DNA of 62,699 nt, the filler included, from Phoronis australis (taxonomy: Eukaryota; Animalia; Phoronida): assembly GCA_002633005.1 (NCBI GenBank). It is 8 parts of 8 records of this genome, joined end to end, with 100 filler letters (N's around TTAATTAATTAA, not from the genome) between each part and the next. Parts side by side here need not be neighbours in the genome. Positions count along the whole stretch, not along the records: positions 15,136 to 44,522 come from NMRA01000617.1; 7 more parts are not named here. One strand, 5' to 3'. How positions within the stretch are numbered: the stretch's first letter is position 1; each line of letters opens with the position of its first letter. A program made the translations under genes and the position numbers. This document shows, in pieces, positions 25,706-38,790 of this stretch. The notes below the pieces were generated by a model that was not told the origin of the DNA, did no database searches, and worked only from the letters and a program-made list of their open reading frames with translations.

Positions 25706-26471
25706 GTATTTTTTATCATTAAATGTCTGCTCATTGCTTCTTCCTGTAATATAATTACAGATGCTGTTGTTAAAATCTTGAAAAAAGCTCAAAAAGTTAT
25801 TTTTTATGACTGTACTCATATTTGCTTAAAAGGAGTACTAGTATTTTCTATTAAATAATTGCAAACTAGCTATTCTATGATACATTACCATTACCTGAAA
25901 ACATTAGATATTCTATGTTTAGAATTGTGTAGTTGGATAGAGATCGGCTGTACTTCTGTCACCTCAAAGGATATACAAATTGGAGCACTGTGTAGTAATT
26001 CTGCACTCTCAGTAATATAGCAGTTGTTTCTGAACTTCCAAATGTTAAGGATTCCTTGCTTTGACAGTCTTTGAAGTTATCCTGCCATTATATTGTATTG
26101 TATTTGCGTGATAAGTTCCCGAAATTGTGTCTTGATCTTTTGTATATTCTCCAGTTATGGTATGTGCAATAACAAGCCATTCAATATCTTTGTGATGATA
26201 ATTAGCACAAAGTGGGAAACTGAATATTCATGTATATAGATTACGCAATGTTGTTGACACAATATCATATTTTGTAGTAGTTGTAGGTGGGATTTCTCTT
26301 GGTGCCAGTCAATTTGTGACCTTGATATCATTTTCAAGGTCACTTGAGGAAATGAAGATAGTTACTCTGTGACAAGTGTAATATATTGTAACATATTGTT
26401 TTGAATTGCATTAGCTGTGTTTGAATTATTTAACCTTTTTCTTTTTGCATGATTGCATATTTAAATTTTAG

Positions 26472-29400
26472 ACATAGACAGTGTGTGGGAGGCACAAAAG
26501 TCGCCTAAATGTTACATCGCACCTGGAATTACCACAAACTCAGTGAAAGCAACTCAGAGCAATCTCCCTGATGAGGTAATTAAGAATGGCTAGACATGCT
26601 TTGCTCAGTTAAAGCCAGATAACCTGGTGTTAGGCTCTCAAATCTGCGAGACAAGACAGTCTTTTTCGAAAATTGAAGTTGGTGTATCATAAAATGAGAA
26701 TCTTTGTTCAACTTGGGTCTCGAGGACTTTCAGTTTCAACAATAGTGATTATTTTTAATCGATGTATTACAGATTGGACGCGATGCTGACCTCAATTTCA
26801 ACTGTGGCACACTATGACTCAAAATTGATTCATTTTGCATTGTTTGAAAACATGATTTAATTGGTTTGAAATAATCTGATAATAAGAGCAATGGTTGACT
26901 GTCACTCAATCAATGTTTCGCCAAGTTTTCTTTTATTGCACATATTTTATTATTACAAGTCATGTACGAAGAAAACATGAGCACAAGAAACAACACAGTC
27001 CTTAACGCAGTCATACCATACATACCTTTTCATCTGTGTTGTGTTTGGAGTTGTCTGGAAAAATGTTCTGTTAGCCAGTTTGTCCAGGAAATCTGGTATT
27101 CATCCAACTTAACATTTTTACATAAATTGCTTTCTTGGATGTAAAATTCTTTCTTCAACCATTTTAAGCATTTGAGAAAAATTTGGCATTAGCTTTATGC
27201 TGTCTCTTTCACCAATATGGAATATTTTGATTATTATAAGAAAATTAATTTAATCTTACTTGCAGGTCATAGATGCCTTGTGTTTTATGCAGTCAAACGG
27301 TAAGTCTACTTGCTTATAAATATCCAATTTTTTAATTAAAAGGATGAGCTTGATTATGACCAGGGCTTTAATTTGGTTTCGTGAAGTAATCACCATGAGT
27401 TGATTTTGGCTTCTCAGAAGGGGTGGAACAGAGCTGTGTGTCATCAAAGCAACATGATTGACGTCAGATGACTTGTTGGGGCATTTTACACCCATCATTT
27501 TTGTAGAGTTTGTAGTGAGAGTAATTTAATGATTTTGATGAAATATTCTACATCATGCTAAGAAAATGTAGATTGATCTATTCCTTCAGTATTGAGTGTT
27601 TACTGGACCACATCAAGATACATCAATTACATTTCCTTTCCAGGAATCCTTCCTGTACTTAAACTGTAGTGTCATCAAGATGCTGCTTGACGGCCACTTG
27701 CAAACAGATGTATGTAACCATTTTACTTTTCATTACTGTTGTTTGCAATCAATGAGACAATATGTTTTCATTCCAGTCACATTATTTATGACTAAAAATT
27801 GTATGTTTTTTTAATATGATGTTCAATTATAGTTAAAGTTCATTTTCAAGAATGCTAGCTTCTATTTACTATCTTACAGGTTCATTTCGATGGAAAGGAT
27901 GCACTCTCTGTATACAGTGAAAATGGTCTTCATTGGGTTGTGGTGGTAATTTGTTATTAAAGGCAAAGGCAACCTTTTTCATGTCATTGTTAGCAAAAAA
28001 TAAGGTCCGTAGATTATCTCAGACATATTTTTCACTTAATTACAAGTTTTCGTAATTAAATTAATTACTCATCCTCTTCTCAGGAAGTGACATTTTGGGA
28101 GACAAGAATTTCGCGCCAGTTTGGTTCTGCGTTGAGTTTGACTACCTCGCCACATACCTGGCACCTTCTAAGTAACTCCAATACTTTAGACAAGTCCACA
28201 ATAAACTTATCAAAGTGTGGCTCACCAATCTGTTCATTGGACGACAAACTGTCCTCTTCACTGGTGTCAAACTGGGTCTGTATTCACTCCCTCTACTCAA
28301 CATTGCTGCAAGGCTGCTTACAAGCTCTGGGCTAGACACAATAGCCCAGGGCGAATCACTGCTAGTTCTGGGAATTGCACGCTCTGGGAAACGTTCGGAG
28401 GCACGTGATAGTAAATGAAGTGCCTCCAGTGAGTGTAGTGGCCACTGCTCACGAGGCTTCTTGCTTCAAAAATGCACTTCTCTGGGATGGTGACGGGGCA
28501 CTGACGGGAATCAATTGCATAGGTATGGCACCATTCTTCTGGCGTTGTTTCGCAGGGACCTTCATAAATTCAGCATACACATGTCTCTCGTAATCTGACG
28601 GCAGGAAATGCTTGCCAAACACTCGGTAACCCTCCAATGCTTTGTACATTGCGTGGACGTTTAATGCTGCGTTCTTCAAGTACGAGCCAAGTACTACGAA
28701 GTGTGTCATACTTCGGAAAGCGATGCAAAGGTTCTCCCCAAGTGTGCAATATGATAGTGAGTACATCCTGATATGCAGAAATAATGTGGCATGTTGACTG
28801 ACTCGTAAACAAAAGCAAACAACGACCGAACTTATCACAACGGAGGCAGAACAATGACTGACTTGACAGATTACACACTAGTTAGACTATATGAAAAGAA
28901 ATTATTGCAAAATTCTTGCCTCTCAAGACATCACTTCTCGAGTAGAGGACGAGTAACTAATTAAATTACGAAAAGCTGTAATAAAGTGAGAAATAGGTCA
29001 GGGATAGTCAATAAACCTATTTTTTGCTGAAGATGAGAAGAAAAAAGGTTGCCTTTGCCTTTAAGATACTTCTTTGTTTTATTAAATTTTTGGAAAACAC
29101 GTTTTTAGAGTCACTCCTTGTGGTTGTTTTCTGACCAATTACAAGATCGCAAGAAAACACATAGATTTGTTTTTTTCATGATTTAAAAATGCAAGGCAAG
29201 TGTTTTTGCCTCTGCAGTCAATAAGGTGATACTTCAGTATACATTTGTTCCATTTTCATTTCAATTTTTTTCTGTTTTGCAGAATTGACATTATGGTTTC
29301 ATCTGTTTTTCCGAATGTTTCAGCTCATCAGTTTTAGACGGAAAAAGCTAATCATCTTGGATCCTCTGGGTGAGACGCAAGGTTTCCTAGACAGGATTTT

Positions 29401-30621
29401 GAAGAAATGGAAGTAAGCATTTTTGTGATTTAGAAAAATCTTCATTACGTTAGACTTATGTTAATTTTATTGCATACCTTTTACTTAGAAATTTGCTTAA
29501 CATAATGTGAACCTCAAGACTTTGATACTCAGATTATCGTATATTCTGTTGTATAAGACATTCATGCTTGCCTGCCTGGTAAATTTTTTTGTAACTTGTA
29601 CTTTTAGTACATCTTATGAATTTGGTTTGTTTTTAGAAACTACTACCGTAATTGTTCGGGTTAACGCCCTGGGCGGTTAAATTGGCAAACCCAAAAAATC
29701 GGGGGTGGGCGGTTAACCAGACATAGGCGCTTAAACGTGAAATTTCAAGAAATCCAGGGTGGGCGGTTAACCGAACATGGGCGCTTATTACGACAGGCAA
29801 CCGCCCTGGGCGGTTAATTTTACCTCGTACTCGGAACGCGTGGTACTTTTCAAAGAGCGTTATCGTCACGTAGCCACATGACGAGAAAAATGTCATAACA
29901 GCGGATGATCCCAACAAAGATTCTCTTGCCCTCAGATTAGTTTTTATTGTTAAATTTACAGAATTACTGAGTAATAGCCCCGTGGCGTCCTGCGGTCTTG
30001 TTACTTTGCCCTCTAGAGCGCAGACGACCAGTGACCACGCAGCCTCTACTTGGATTGCAACTATTTTAAGATGTGACCTTGTTAAAGTGCGCGCGTGCAA
30101 GCTTCACGTGTTGCAGAGGTCACAGCAGACATCAAATTTATGGTTGCAGTCTCGTACTGAGCTGCCAAGTTCATAGTCTGAGAGCAGTTTTAAAATGAGT
30201 TGTAATAAAAGTTTGAAAAACTTAATTCAGATGTTTTTTGTGTTTAGGATGTTTATAGTCGACACTCTGNATTTTGAAGACGTGGAAGTAAGCATTTTTG
30301 TGATTTAGAAAAATCTTCATTACGCTAGACTTATGTTAATTTTATTGCATACCTTTTACTTAGAAATTTGCTTAACATAATGTGAACGTCAAGACTTTGA
30401 TACTCAGATTATCGTATATTCTGTTGTATTAGACATTCATGCTTGCCTGCATGCCTGGTAAATTTTTTCGTAACTCGTACTTTTAGTACATCTTATGAAT
30501 TTGGTTTGTTTTTAGAAACTTCTATCTTGGACTCTTGGGACATTCTGGGCGCTGGACAGTTTGCTCCCGTCCTCATGCGAAACAACTGGACAGTAATTCA
30601 TGCGGCGTGTTTTGCTTGGAG
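26472..30621 (+). pseudogene. Multi-exon Ulp1/SENP (peptidase C48) catalytic domain
   Basis: Exons 26472-26575 (..NLPDE), 27266-27299 (VIDAL), 27644-27709 (ESFLYLN), 27880-27945 (NGLHWVVV), 29324-29412 (LIILDPLG), 30516-30621 (KQLDSNSCGVFCLE), all AG/GT; His-Asp-Gln-Cys in C48 order; one phase mismatch after 27299; degenerate candidate last exon from 31277. Confidence 0.85.
27961..29060 (-). mobile_element. Kolobok-type element with THAP remnant, in an intron of the protease gene
   Basis: TTAA TSD at 27957-27960 and 29061-29064; about 150-bp imperfect TIRs starting AGGCAAAGGCAACCTTTTT; minus-strand RVFGKHFLPSDYER..KNGAIP. Confidence 0.88.
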
Positions 30622-32739
30622 GTATGACTACTTAGTACCAATTTCTCAGTGTAATGGGAAGTAAACCAGGGCCGGTCTCTAATCTTTGAAATCGAAACTA
30701 TTTTTGGCAATTTCTCTGCTCCTTTTGTGCAAACTTACAATAATTGGTTATCAGACTGTGCTCGAATACATTATAGTTTATGCATAGGAGTTTCTAGTTC
30801 AAGTTTGCCCTTGAAGACCCTTATATTCGTGCTACAAACTTGAGTAAAAACTCGAAATTTCGAGTTCAAACTCGAACTTATTGCTTTAATATTGGGTTTA
30901 CAAACTGTGAACTAAGGGCAATAAATCATCTGTGTAAGTTATTGTGTACTCGAGCATAGAATAATAGACACTTATCTTGAGTTCGCCCAAAAGTAGAGTA
31001 GAAAATGCCAAACCTAATTTCGAGTTCCATTTCGAGTAAATAGGAATACTGCTACGATATCTTATCTCGAGTTCATTGTATCTGAGTATGCCCGAACTCA
31101 ACCCTCGGTCTCGTTAGTACATTCCCAAATGAAATGAATGCTCATAGGCTATGACAGTAGTATTCCTATTTATGTCTGATAACCTATATTTATGGTATAA
31201 ATGAAAGTGCGCGACATCAAATGCAAGTGTGGACATTTGGTGTGACTTGTTTCGCAAGTAAAAAGGCAAATTTTAGTTTGTTAAAGAGGAAACTTCGCCT
31301 TTTTGCCAGAAACTCCTGTTTAGGCGGACCTAACAGAGTACTGAGCAAACTTTAAGTAGGAAAATATTTAATTAAATAATCTAACAAGAACTTGTGTCCA
31401 ATGCCTTTAAGTGAAAGTTCCTGTGTAGGTAAGACTGTGGATGCAATTAGTGTGCAGCAAGTCATGGCCCAACAACTAAGTGCAAATGAAGAGATTGACC
31501 AGTTCACAGTTCAGGCTGCTAATCCATTTAATGCTGAAGCAAATCGGATTGCAATGAAAGGAGTAAGTAACTGCATGAAGGATATCATTTATTATTGCCA
31601 TGGATGGCTTCGTAAAGCTGGTCTGTGTTTTCACTCCAGTTGGTGAAAACGAGTTTCATGCCTGTTCAGTCCGATTATCAAATTATAATATTCCGTGTAT
31701 GACTGATACTAATTTAAAGAGCGACTGATACTAATTTAAAGAGCGGCGTGGAGCAGCTGAATAGGAGCACGAATACACATAGTATCATTGATACCGCGTG
31801 TTCTATTAACTCTAGTTTTGTCATCAAAAATAACGCATAATGATTGGCTACTGAGGTTTCTCGTAAGTTGATAGAAAAAGTCAGAGCGGAAGCGGACGTC
31901 TCTACATAAAACAACTAGTTGCAAATTGTGTCCAGGCACCTCTGTGACAATCGGAGTATCCGAAACAACTAAGACAATAGTCTCTGTGGTTTTGTGACTA
32001 TGAATATATCAATATTTTTTCTGAAAGAATTCCAAGGACAGAGTTTCTTTTGAAGATCATTGTCCGGATTTCGCAGCCAGCAGTAAGAGTTTCTTGCATC
32101 ACACCACCTAAATTGTGGTTTTTACCAGTACACATAAAGTGAATNTCTTTCCGTGAGTTGTGAGATTTCTTCAAAATACGAGAGCTTCCTACCTTAAGAG
32201 AATTTGGAGGGTTGGCAAAACCATTTTCACATTTGCCTGGCCTGATTTTTTCGAATACATATTTTATCTAGTGCACTGCAAACCGAAACTCAGTGCGGCA
32301 GACAAAGTCGCTGAAAGCGGAGATTTTGACGCCGGCGCCGTTCTTAAACTTTGTAAACATGGGAAGAAAATAAAGTGACAAAAACGTTAAAGTATTATAT
32401 TTTGAAGTGAGTCCATGACCCAAGACAAGAACTCCTTACTTGTATTGTAATTCACATTGCTAAACCATCGTCTTGAAGGCCCGGCGTTGTTACGCTCATT
32501 GTGATCATCGATCTTTTTGTAAAAGTCGGGGAATCACCGTTTCCTTAGCACTGGGCGCTAAATCTTCATTCTTTAAAAGTCAGGGATGGGCTCTTAACCG
32601 AGAGGTGGGCGCTTAACTGGAAATCTTCAAAAATCGCAGGGGGGCGCTTAACTGAGCAGTGGGCGGTTAAATCGAAAATCCACCTAAAGTAGGGGGTGGG
32701 CGGTTAACTGAGCATGGGCGTTAACCCGAACGATTACGG
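29646..32739. mobile_element. Tc1/pogo-like element inserted in one allele of the catalytic-Cys exon; arms 29646-30269 and 32147-32739
   Basis: TA TSD at 29644-45 and 32740-41; TIR CCGTAAT(T/C)GTTCGGGTTAACGCCC; the flanks rejoin to give the exon seen intact at 30516. Confidence 0.85.
30670..31040 (+). mobile_element. Harbinger-like MITE copy lacking the right TIR
   Basis: Near-identical to 40076-40476 and 61672-62076. Confidence 0.85.
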
Positions 32740-33870
32740 TATCTCGGACTCTTAGGACATTCTGGGCGCTGGACTGATACTAATTTAAAGAGCGACTGAT
32801 ACTAATTTAAAGAGCGGCGTGGAGCAGCTGAATAGGAGCACGAATACACATAGTATCGTTGATACGGCGTGTTCTATTAACTCTAGTTTTGTCATCAAAA
32901 ATAACGCATAATGATTGGCTACTGAGGTTTCTCGTAAGTTGATAGAAAAAGTCAGAGCGGAAGCGGACGTCTCTACATAAAACAACTAGTTGCAAATTGT
33001 GTCCAGTAACCTCTGTGACAATCGGAGTATCCGAAACAACTAAGACAATAGTCTCTGTGGTTTTGTGACTATGAATATATCAATGTTTTTTCTGAAAGAA
33101 TTCCAAGGACAGAGTTTCTTTTGAAGATCATTGTCCGGATTTCGCAGCCAGCAGCAAGAGTTTCTTGCATCACACCACCTAAATTGTGGTTTTTACCAGT
33201 ACACATAAAGTGAATTTTGTAAATGTGCTCTANCAATATTTTTTCTGAAAGAATTCCAAGGACAGAGTTTCTTTTGAAGATCATTGTCCGGATTTCGCAG
33301 CCAGCAGTACGAGTTTCTTGCATCACACCACCTAAATTGTGGTTTTTACCAGTACACATAAAGTGAATTTTGTAAATGTGCTCTACAGCCAAAAACGTCA
33401 AATACATACATTTAAATGCCTAACGTGTGCAAACGTGTCCAGGCCTATTAAGGGACCCTTACTCGTTAAATTGTAGTGTTGAAACACTAAGTACACAGAT
33501 TTCTGGTGGTGTCCTCCCCGAGGTTTGCCCCACAAGCAGTACGCCCATGAAAGTGCGAAATTGTCGACGACCACGGTAAGGAAGAGGTGGGCATATGGAG
33601 AATCTGAAATTTGGTTCCACGATTGGAGCAAAATTTTGGCAAAGTCGAATACTGTAAGTGCCCCCCTCCCATATTTTTTATCTTCCCTCTGGCCGGCAGC
33701 GTGATGTTGTCACCCCTTTCACAACAAAAAGCTTTATAAAGTTGAGATGTGCGCTAAGCAAAAAAAATGTGTGCCTGCGGGCATTGGGTTGAATTCAAAG
33801 TCACCATGTTCTCAATGTGACAACAACTGACCAAATCAGTTTGGGATGACATCCATTACGCGAATAGTAT

Positions 33871-34090
33871 CATGCGCGTACCCAGCCTTCAATATGGGGG
33901 GCTCGAATTCCTGACTTGTGCACCTTTTGAGTGGTAACAAAAAAGCGGGCTTACTGAAAAAGAACGGGGACACCACTGTGAACTGCGCGTTTGTGCTTGT
34001 TTAGCGGACTTTTGTCTCATTTTCTCGGACTTTTTGTTTCTCAGAAGCGGACCTTTTTGCCCACTTCGCCAAATGTGGGCTCGAACCCCC
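33871..34090 (+). mobile_element. Truncated copy of the 4880-5116 MITE
   Basis: CATGCGCGTACCCAGCCTTCAATATGGGGGGCTCGAATTCC start; cut at N 34091. Confidence 0.8.
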
Positions 34091-35366
34091 NAAGACTCAG
34101 ACTGATTGAAATGATTTTGTACTTTTATGTAACGATTGTCAGGTAATAAAGAGGATGTTAAAATGGCACAGCATCACTTAGCAGCTGGCAGGGTAGGGGT
34201 GGGGTAGGGATAGGGGGCACAAGTTAGATATATGGCGTGACAGCTCAGGTTAGAATCATCCAAAGACATGCACGTGCCATTGTTTCCTGGTTAGAAACTA
34301 TTCGACGAAATTTATGAAATTTCACTAAAGAAATCAAATTATACAAAGCGAAACCATAGGGTCCAGCAGTAATAAAATCATAAAAAATTCATGGGACGTC
34401 TGTCATTGTCATAACCATGGAAATATATTTGGAAAAAGAAGCCCCTTGATGAGGTTCACGAGCTACAGCAGGCGACTGTCTTTAGTCAAGGATTGTAAAA
34501 TACGAGATGGTACGTCCTTTTCATTGCCTGTTGCTTGGAAACGAACAAAAAAAAACATTTTTTTTATTTTCTTAGTCACAAAGAAAATTGATGAGGAAAT
34601 ATTATCTGAAATCACCAACATCCCACGAATTGGACTCCCAAAGCACCTCAAAAATGGCTAAACACAAAAACATGTATAACTTAACGCATTTTTAGCGCTC
34701 CAATTAAGGTTAACGGAAACTCGTTTGAAAATGCAAAACCTGTCATCATATAAACAGTCTCAACAGTTTTTACAAAAATATTACAAAAAAAATTCTCTTA
34801 CTAACTTTCATTTGAACCGTTTTAGAATTGCTTTACTCACTGGTCATATTTGATTGGGCCAAAGTATTGATGATGCTCCACCTTAAAAAATACTGGCCTG
34901 GATAATTTCAAATAAACCTTTGAAAATATGTCACCAGGACGTATGAAAGCACATTTTTCAAGATCTGAGGCGATGACCCTTGAGTCGACCTCGTGGGATG
35001 GCAGTTAATAATGCTAACAAAATCCACAGTTAAAGCGTAGGGTAAACTTATCACCGACAGCGAGTCCTCGTGAAATACTTTTTTCAAAAGTCTCACATCT
35101 GAAATACTTCGCGATTTAAAGCAACTTCTTTGTCCACCATTTTATTTCCTTACGCAACGCTTCCCCCCTTAGCTGCTACTGCCCACATCGGGAACTCCAT
35201 CGAAAGGAATCTGTGATGTGGTACGCATGCTGGGAGCCTAAGTCCATATTGGATTTGCACTCGGGAAACTTCGCACCAGGTACCTATGGTGGGAGTGGCC
35301 TAACTGTATTTGTCTGCATTGCCTATTGATTGCATTCAATAGAACACCGGGGAGGGGCTACCCTGA

Positions 35367-35461
35367 ATCTCTTGTCACGTGACGTTTGTATTTCCCGCCA
35401 ATGAGATTCCACTGAATATTGCTATTCGAACCAGAAAACCGCTGCTGTTGTGACAAGAGAT
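35367..35461. promoter_or_regulatory. Motif cluster (E-box/CLEAR-like, E2F-like, CCAAT) inside a 12-bp inverted repeat
   Basis: GTCACGTGAC 35374-83, TTTCCCGCC 35391-99, CCAAT 35398-402; ATCTCTTGTCAC / GTGACAAGAGAT. Confidence 0.3.
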
Positions 35462-36804
35462 ACGTGCGATTACTACTGCTACGAAACCTCATTACTACTA
35501 CAACGAGATCTATAAATATATTGTGTGGAGTGCCTGAACAATATCATCTGTGGATCCATCACCCAGTAAGTACTCTGCTTTTATAACATGTGTTAAGTCG
35601 GCGTTATGTTTTTTGAAAACGGTTATCGGGCAAACACTACTAGTGTTTGCCCGAAAAAGCATAACTATGCTGGCTTTCAGCTGGTCAGGTCGAAGCTTCT
35701 TTGAAAGTGGAGTGTGACCGTCCATTTAGATGACAAAAAAAATAAAAAGTTGGGCAAGGATGGAAAAAGCTGAGCAAAGAGTTCAATCGAGTGAGAGTTT
35801 TGAAATGTGTGGTAGCATATGTGGACTTTTCAGGTGTTTGTGATAATTTTACCTTCCTCTTTAATTGCAGTTTTTCTTACCATTATTAAGTTTGTTGTCA
35901 ACTCATTCGACAGCAGTTCAAGATCAGATTAGTCCGTTAATGTTTCAAACCCAGAACGCTTTTGTCGCAATTCAACAGTGACAGCTAATTGTTTGTAACG
36001 TTGTTAGTTATCGCTGTGTAGTTGAAACGTTAGTTCTATTTAATATATTTGTTTGAGTTCCTACAAATGTCAATAGGTTACATTTTTGATACTGTGAATA
36101 ATTTTTTCAGTAAATACCTTGGATTGACCAATTGCCGTCAAAAACGTACAAAATATCCTAATGAACTTTTATCCTATTTAAGCATAGTGTAATTACACTG
36201 TTGAATAACTAGAAGGTTACGTTGCCCTTAAGAAGGAGCGTTTGGAAAATTGGGCGAATTTTACTCATTTGAAATGTCGTTTCAATCCCTTTAATCGGTT
36301 TTTGTAAAAAATATAAAGACACTTCAGTTAGGTATGACCATATCGCCCAACATCATAGAGTTTCATCACAGGCAAACCGTGAACTAACAAAATGGTTTTC
36401 AAGTGTTTGTTTTTTGCCGCCATAATGGAAACCGTCGTCGAAATTCCTTGAAAACCACTTCTATAATACCAATTGTTCATGAGACACAACATTCTAGAGG
36501 ATTAGTTTAGTCCTTTATGACTAAAGTGTAACCGAGACATGACGATTGGTGAACCTCGTTTGTGTTAAAATAAGAATTTAGTGCTCTCAAGTCCAAAATA
36601 TATGAAAGATTTGGCAAAAATGTAAAAAGGCCACGCAGGACAAAACCTTGACAGGACAAAAATGTTTAAATACATGATGTCACGACTATAACTTATCATT
36701 TTCAGTTATAGTCTATTAGTAATCGTCTAACATTCGTGTATAAATTTGGGATGTTGTCCAGCGGTAAAATCTCTATGATCATGGCGTGCAAATCATGAAA
36801 ACTA

Positions 36805-37400
36805 ATTATTATTTTCTTTTTTATGTATTTATTATCATTTACAAACAATTACAAAAACAAATAAACAAATAAGTACACCATTCATTCACGCATGCACACC
36901 TCAGGAAGACCATTCTCATATCTCGTTTAAAGTAAATATCTTCTACATGAAGTTAACATGAACAATAAATTTTTCCCATTTTGCAGAGAAGCTGTCATGT
37001 ACAAAGTTTTTATGTGCATTTAATTTTTCAGCATTATAGTATTCATAAGTTTTTGTAACGAACTTGAGAAAATTGGGTATATTTTTGTGACATCTCTCTT
37101 TGTAAATGTACTGTTTAGCTAGTAGAAGCAAAATGTTAAATAGAAAATCATGCGTCCTGTAAAGTCCAAGAATAACAATATCGTAAGACAGACAGTTGGG
37201 AAGCTGAATGCCACACTTTTGAAGTAGCTTTCCGAATTCCTTCCAGAAATCTTGTACAAAGCTAAATTCCCAAAAAAGGTGTGACAGCGTCTCTGGAGCT
37301 TTATTACAAAAGGAACATAGATCAGAATCCCTAACACATATTTTGACTAAAAGGTATTTGTTGCAATAACTCTATGTAGTATTCTAAATTAGTTTCCTCT
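36805..37400 (-). mobile_element. Tx1/L1-clade LINE 3' fragment
   Basis: LLLAKQYIYKERC..PNF..F..KW C-terminus, preceded by a C..C..HLFWEFS..FW zinc-knuckle remnant; A-rich tail. Confidence 0.8.
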
Positions 37401-38039
37401 ACCTAATGTGTCACCTTTTCGGTCCACCATTACAGTTTGCATGCTGTTCGCAAAGCGCGCAATAGAAATCGCCTAGTAAAGAGCACAAATTGCTGATAAA
37501 ACAGTAGCACACTCAAACGTTTAGTAGTCACTGAACCTACTCGAATCTCTCTGAATCTTGCATTGCCCCCAACGACATCTCCGCACCCGCCGCTAGCGGA
37601 ACTGAAAACTTCATCACCCGGCTGTATGGACTCCGATCGGCCCGAAAAACACGATTTTCATGACAGACTGTTGGGCGCAGAGATCAGCACACTTGAATTC
37701 ATTACTGATTTGCTACTAACTGTACTAGAATTCTTTCCAGAAACCAGGGTATCGTTTTATTTGTCCCTATATATTAATCTTTCGTAATAGAAGAGTTCAG
37801 TAACGCTAGGGTCTCACTCTCGCTGGCTCCTTGCATATCCACTAGAGTACAGAAACCAGTCATTTTTATACCATTTTTACATCGGAGGTTCTGATTGGCT
37901 TTTATATTTGTCAACAGATAGCGCTTTATACGTAAACAAAACCAGCATGACTGACGTAGGAAGTGTAAATCATGTGGAATGAAATGGTTCGTGATCTGTT
38001 GTACAAACAATTCGGTGCTTAATAGGGAGATGTTCGACT

Positions 38040-38790
38040 GGTTGCAATGCATTTTAAATGCTTATTTTCTATTACCTTTATAATACTTTTGAGCGCATTT
38101 ACAGTTTTTTAACCCCATTCAACGTTTAAGCAAGATAAGACCTTACATTAACTAGAATAATTCAATTTCTGCTTTACAAAAAATCCCATAGTGAACCAAA
38201 CATTTGGTAACTGGTAGCAAGACATTTTAAATGAATTTTGTAATAATTTTGGAACACTTCTGAGCGCATTTGCACTTTTTTCTACCCAATTCCAAGTTTA
38301 AGCAAGGGCGTGGCTCTCTTAAACTTGGAATAATTCAGTTTCCACCTTACAAAAATCACATGGTTAACCAAACATTCTTTCACTGGTTCTAACACAGTGT
38401 AAATGCATTTTCTATTACTTTTGAAACACCCCTGAATGCATTTTGTAGTTTTTTGTACCCAATTCCAAGTTTAAGCAAGCCACGCCCTTGCTTAAACTTG
38501 GAATGATTTTTTATTTGCTTTACAAAGTCACTTCGTGAACCAAACATTTTCTGGCGGGTTACAATATGTTTTAAGCACAATTTTTTCTTATTTTGAGACT
38601 TTATTGAACACTTTAACAATTACTTTCTTCCGAATTCCACGTTTAAGCAGGCCATTCTATTTTCGCTTTACAAACCCTATGTTGTGAAGTAAGCAGTCCC
38701 TGAAAGATTGCAAGACATTATGAACAATTTTTTCTATCCCTGTAAATTATCAGCGATTAATTTTTACCCAATGCCTAGTTTAAAAGATGA
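38040..38790. repeat. Degenerate tandem repeat of about 172 bp (4-5 copies) with internal hairpin
   Basis: CCCAATTCCAAGTTTAAGCAAG variants recur at about 38113, 38285, 38458 and 38630. Confidence 0.8.

Noticed and set aside
31392-31646. 84-aa ORF as a continuation of the protease gene
   Set aside because: No recognisable motif and ambiguous splice signals; left unassigned
33069-33407. ORF with a duplicated peptide
   Set aside because: Duplication across the single N at 33232; assembly artefact
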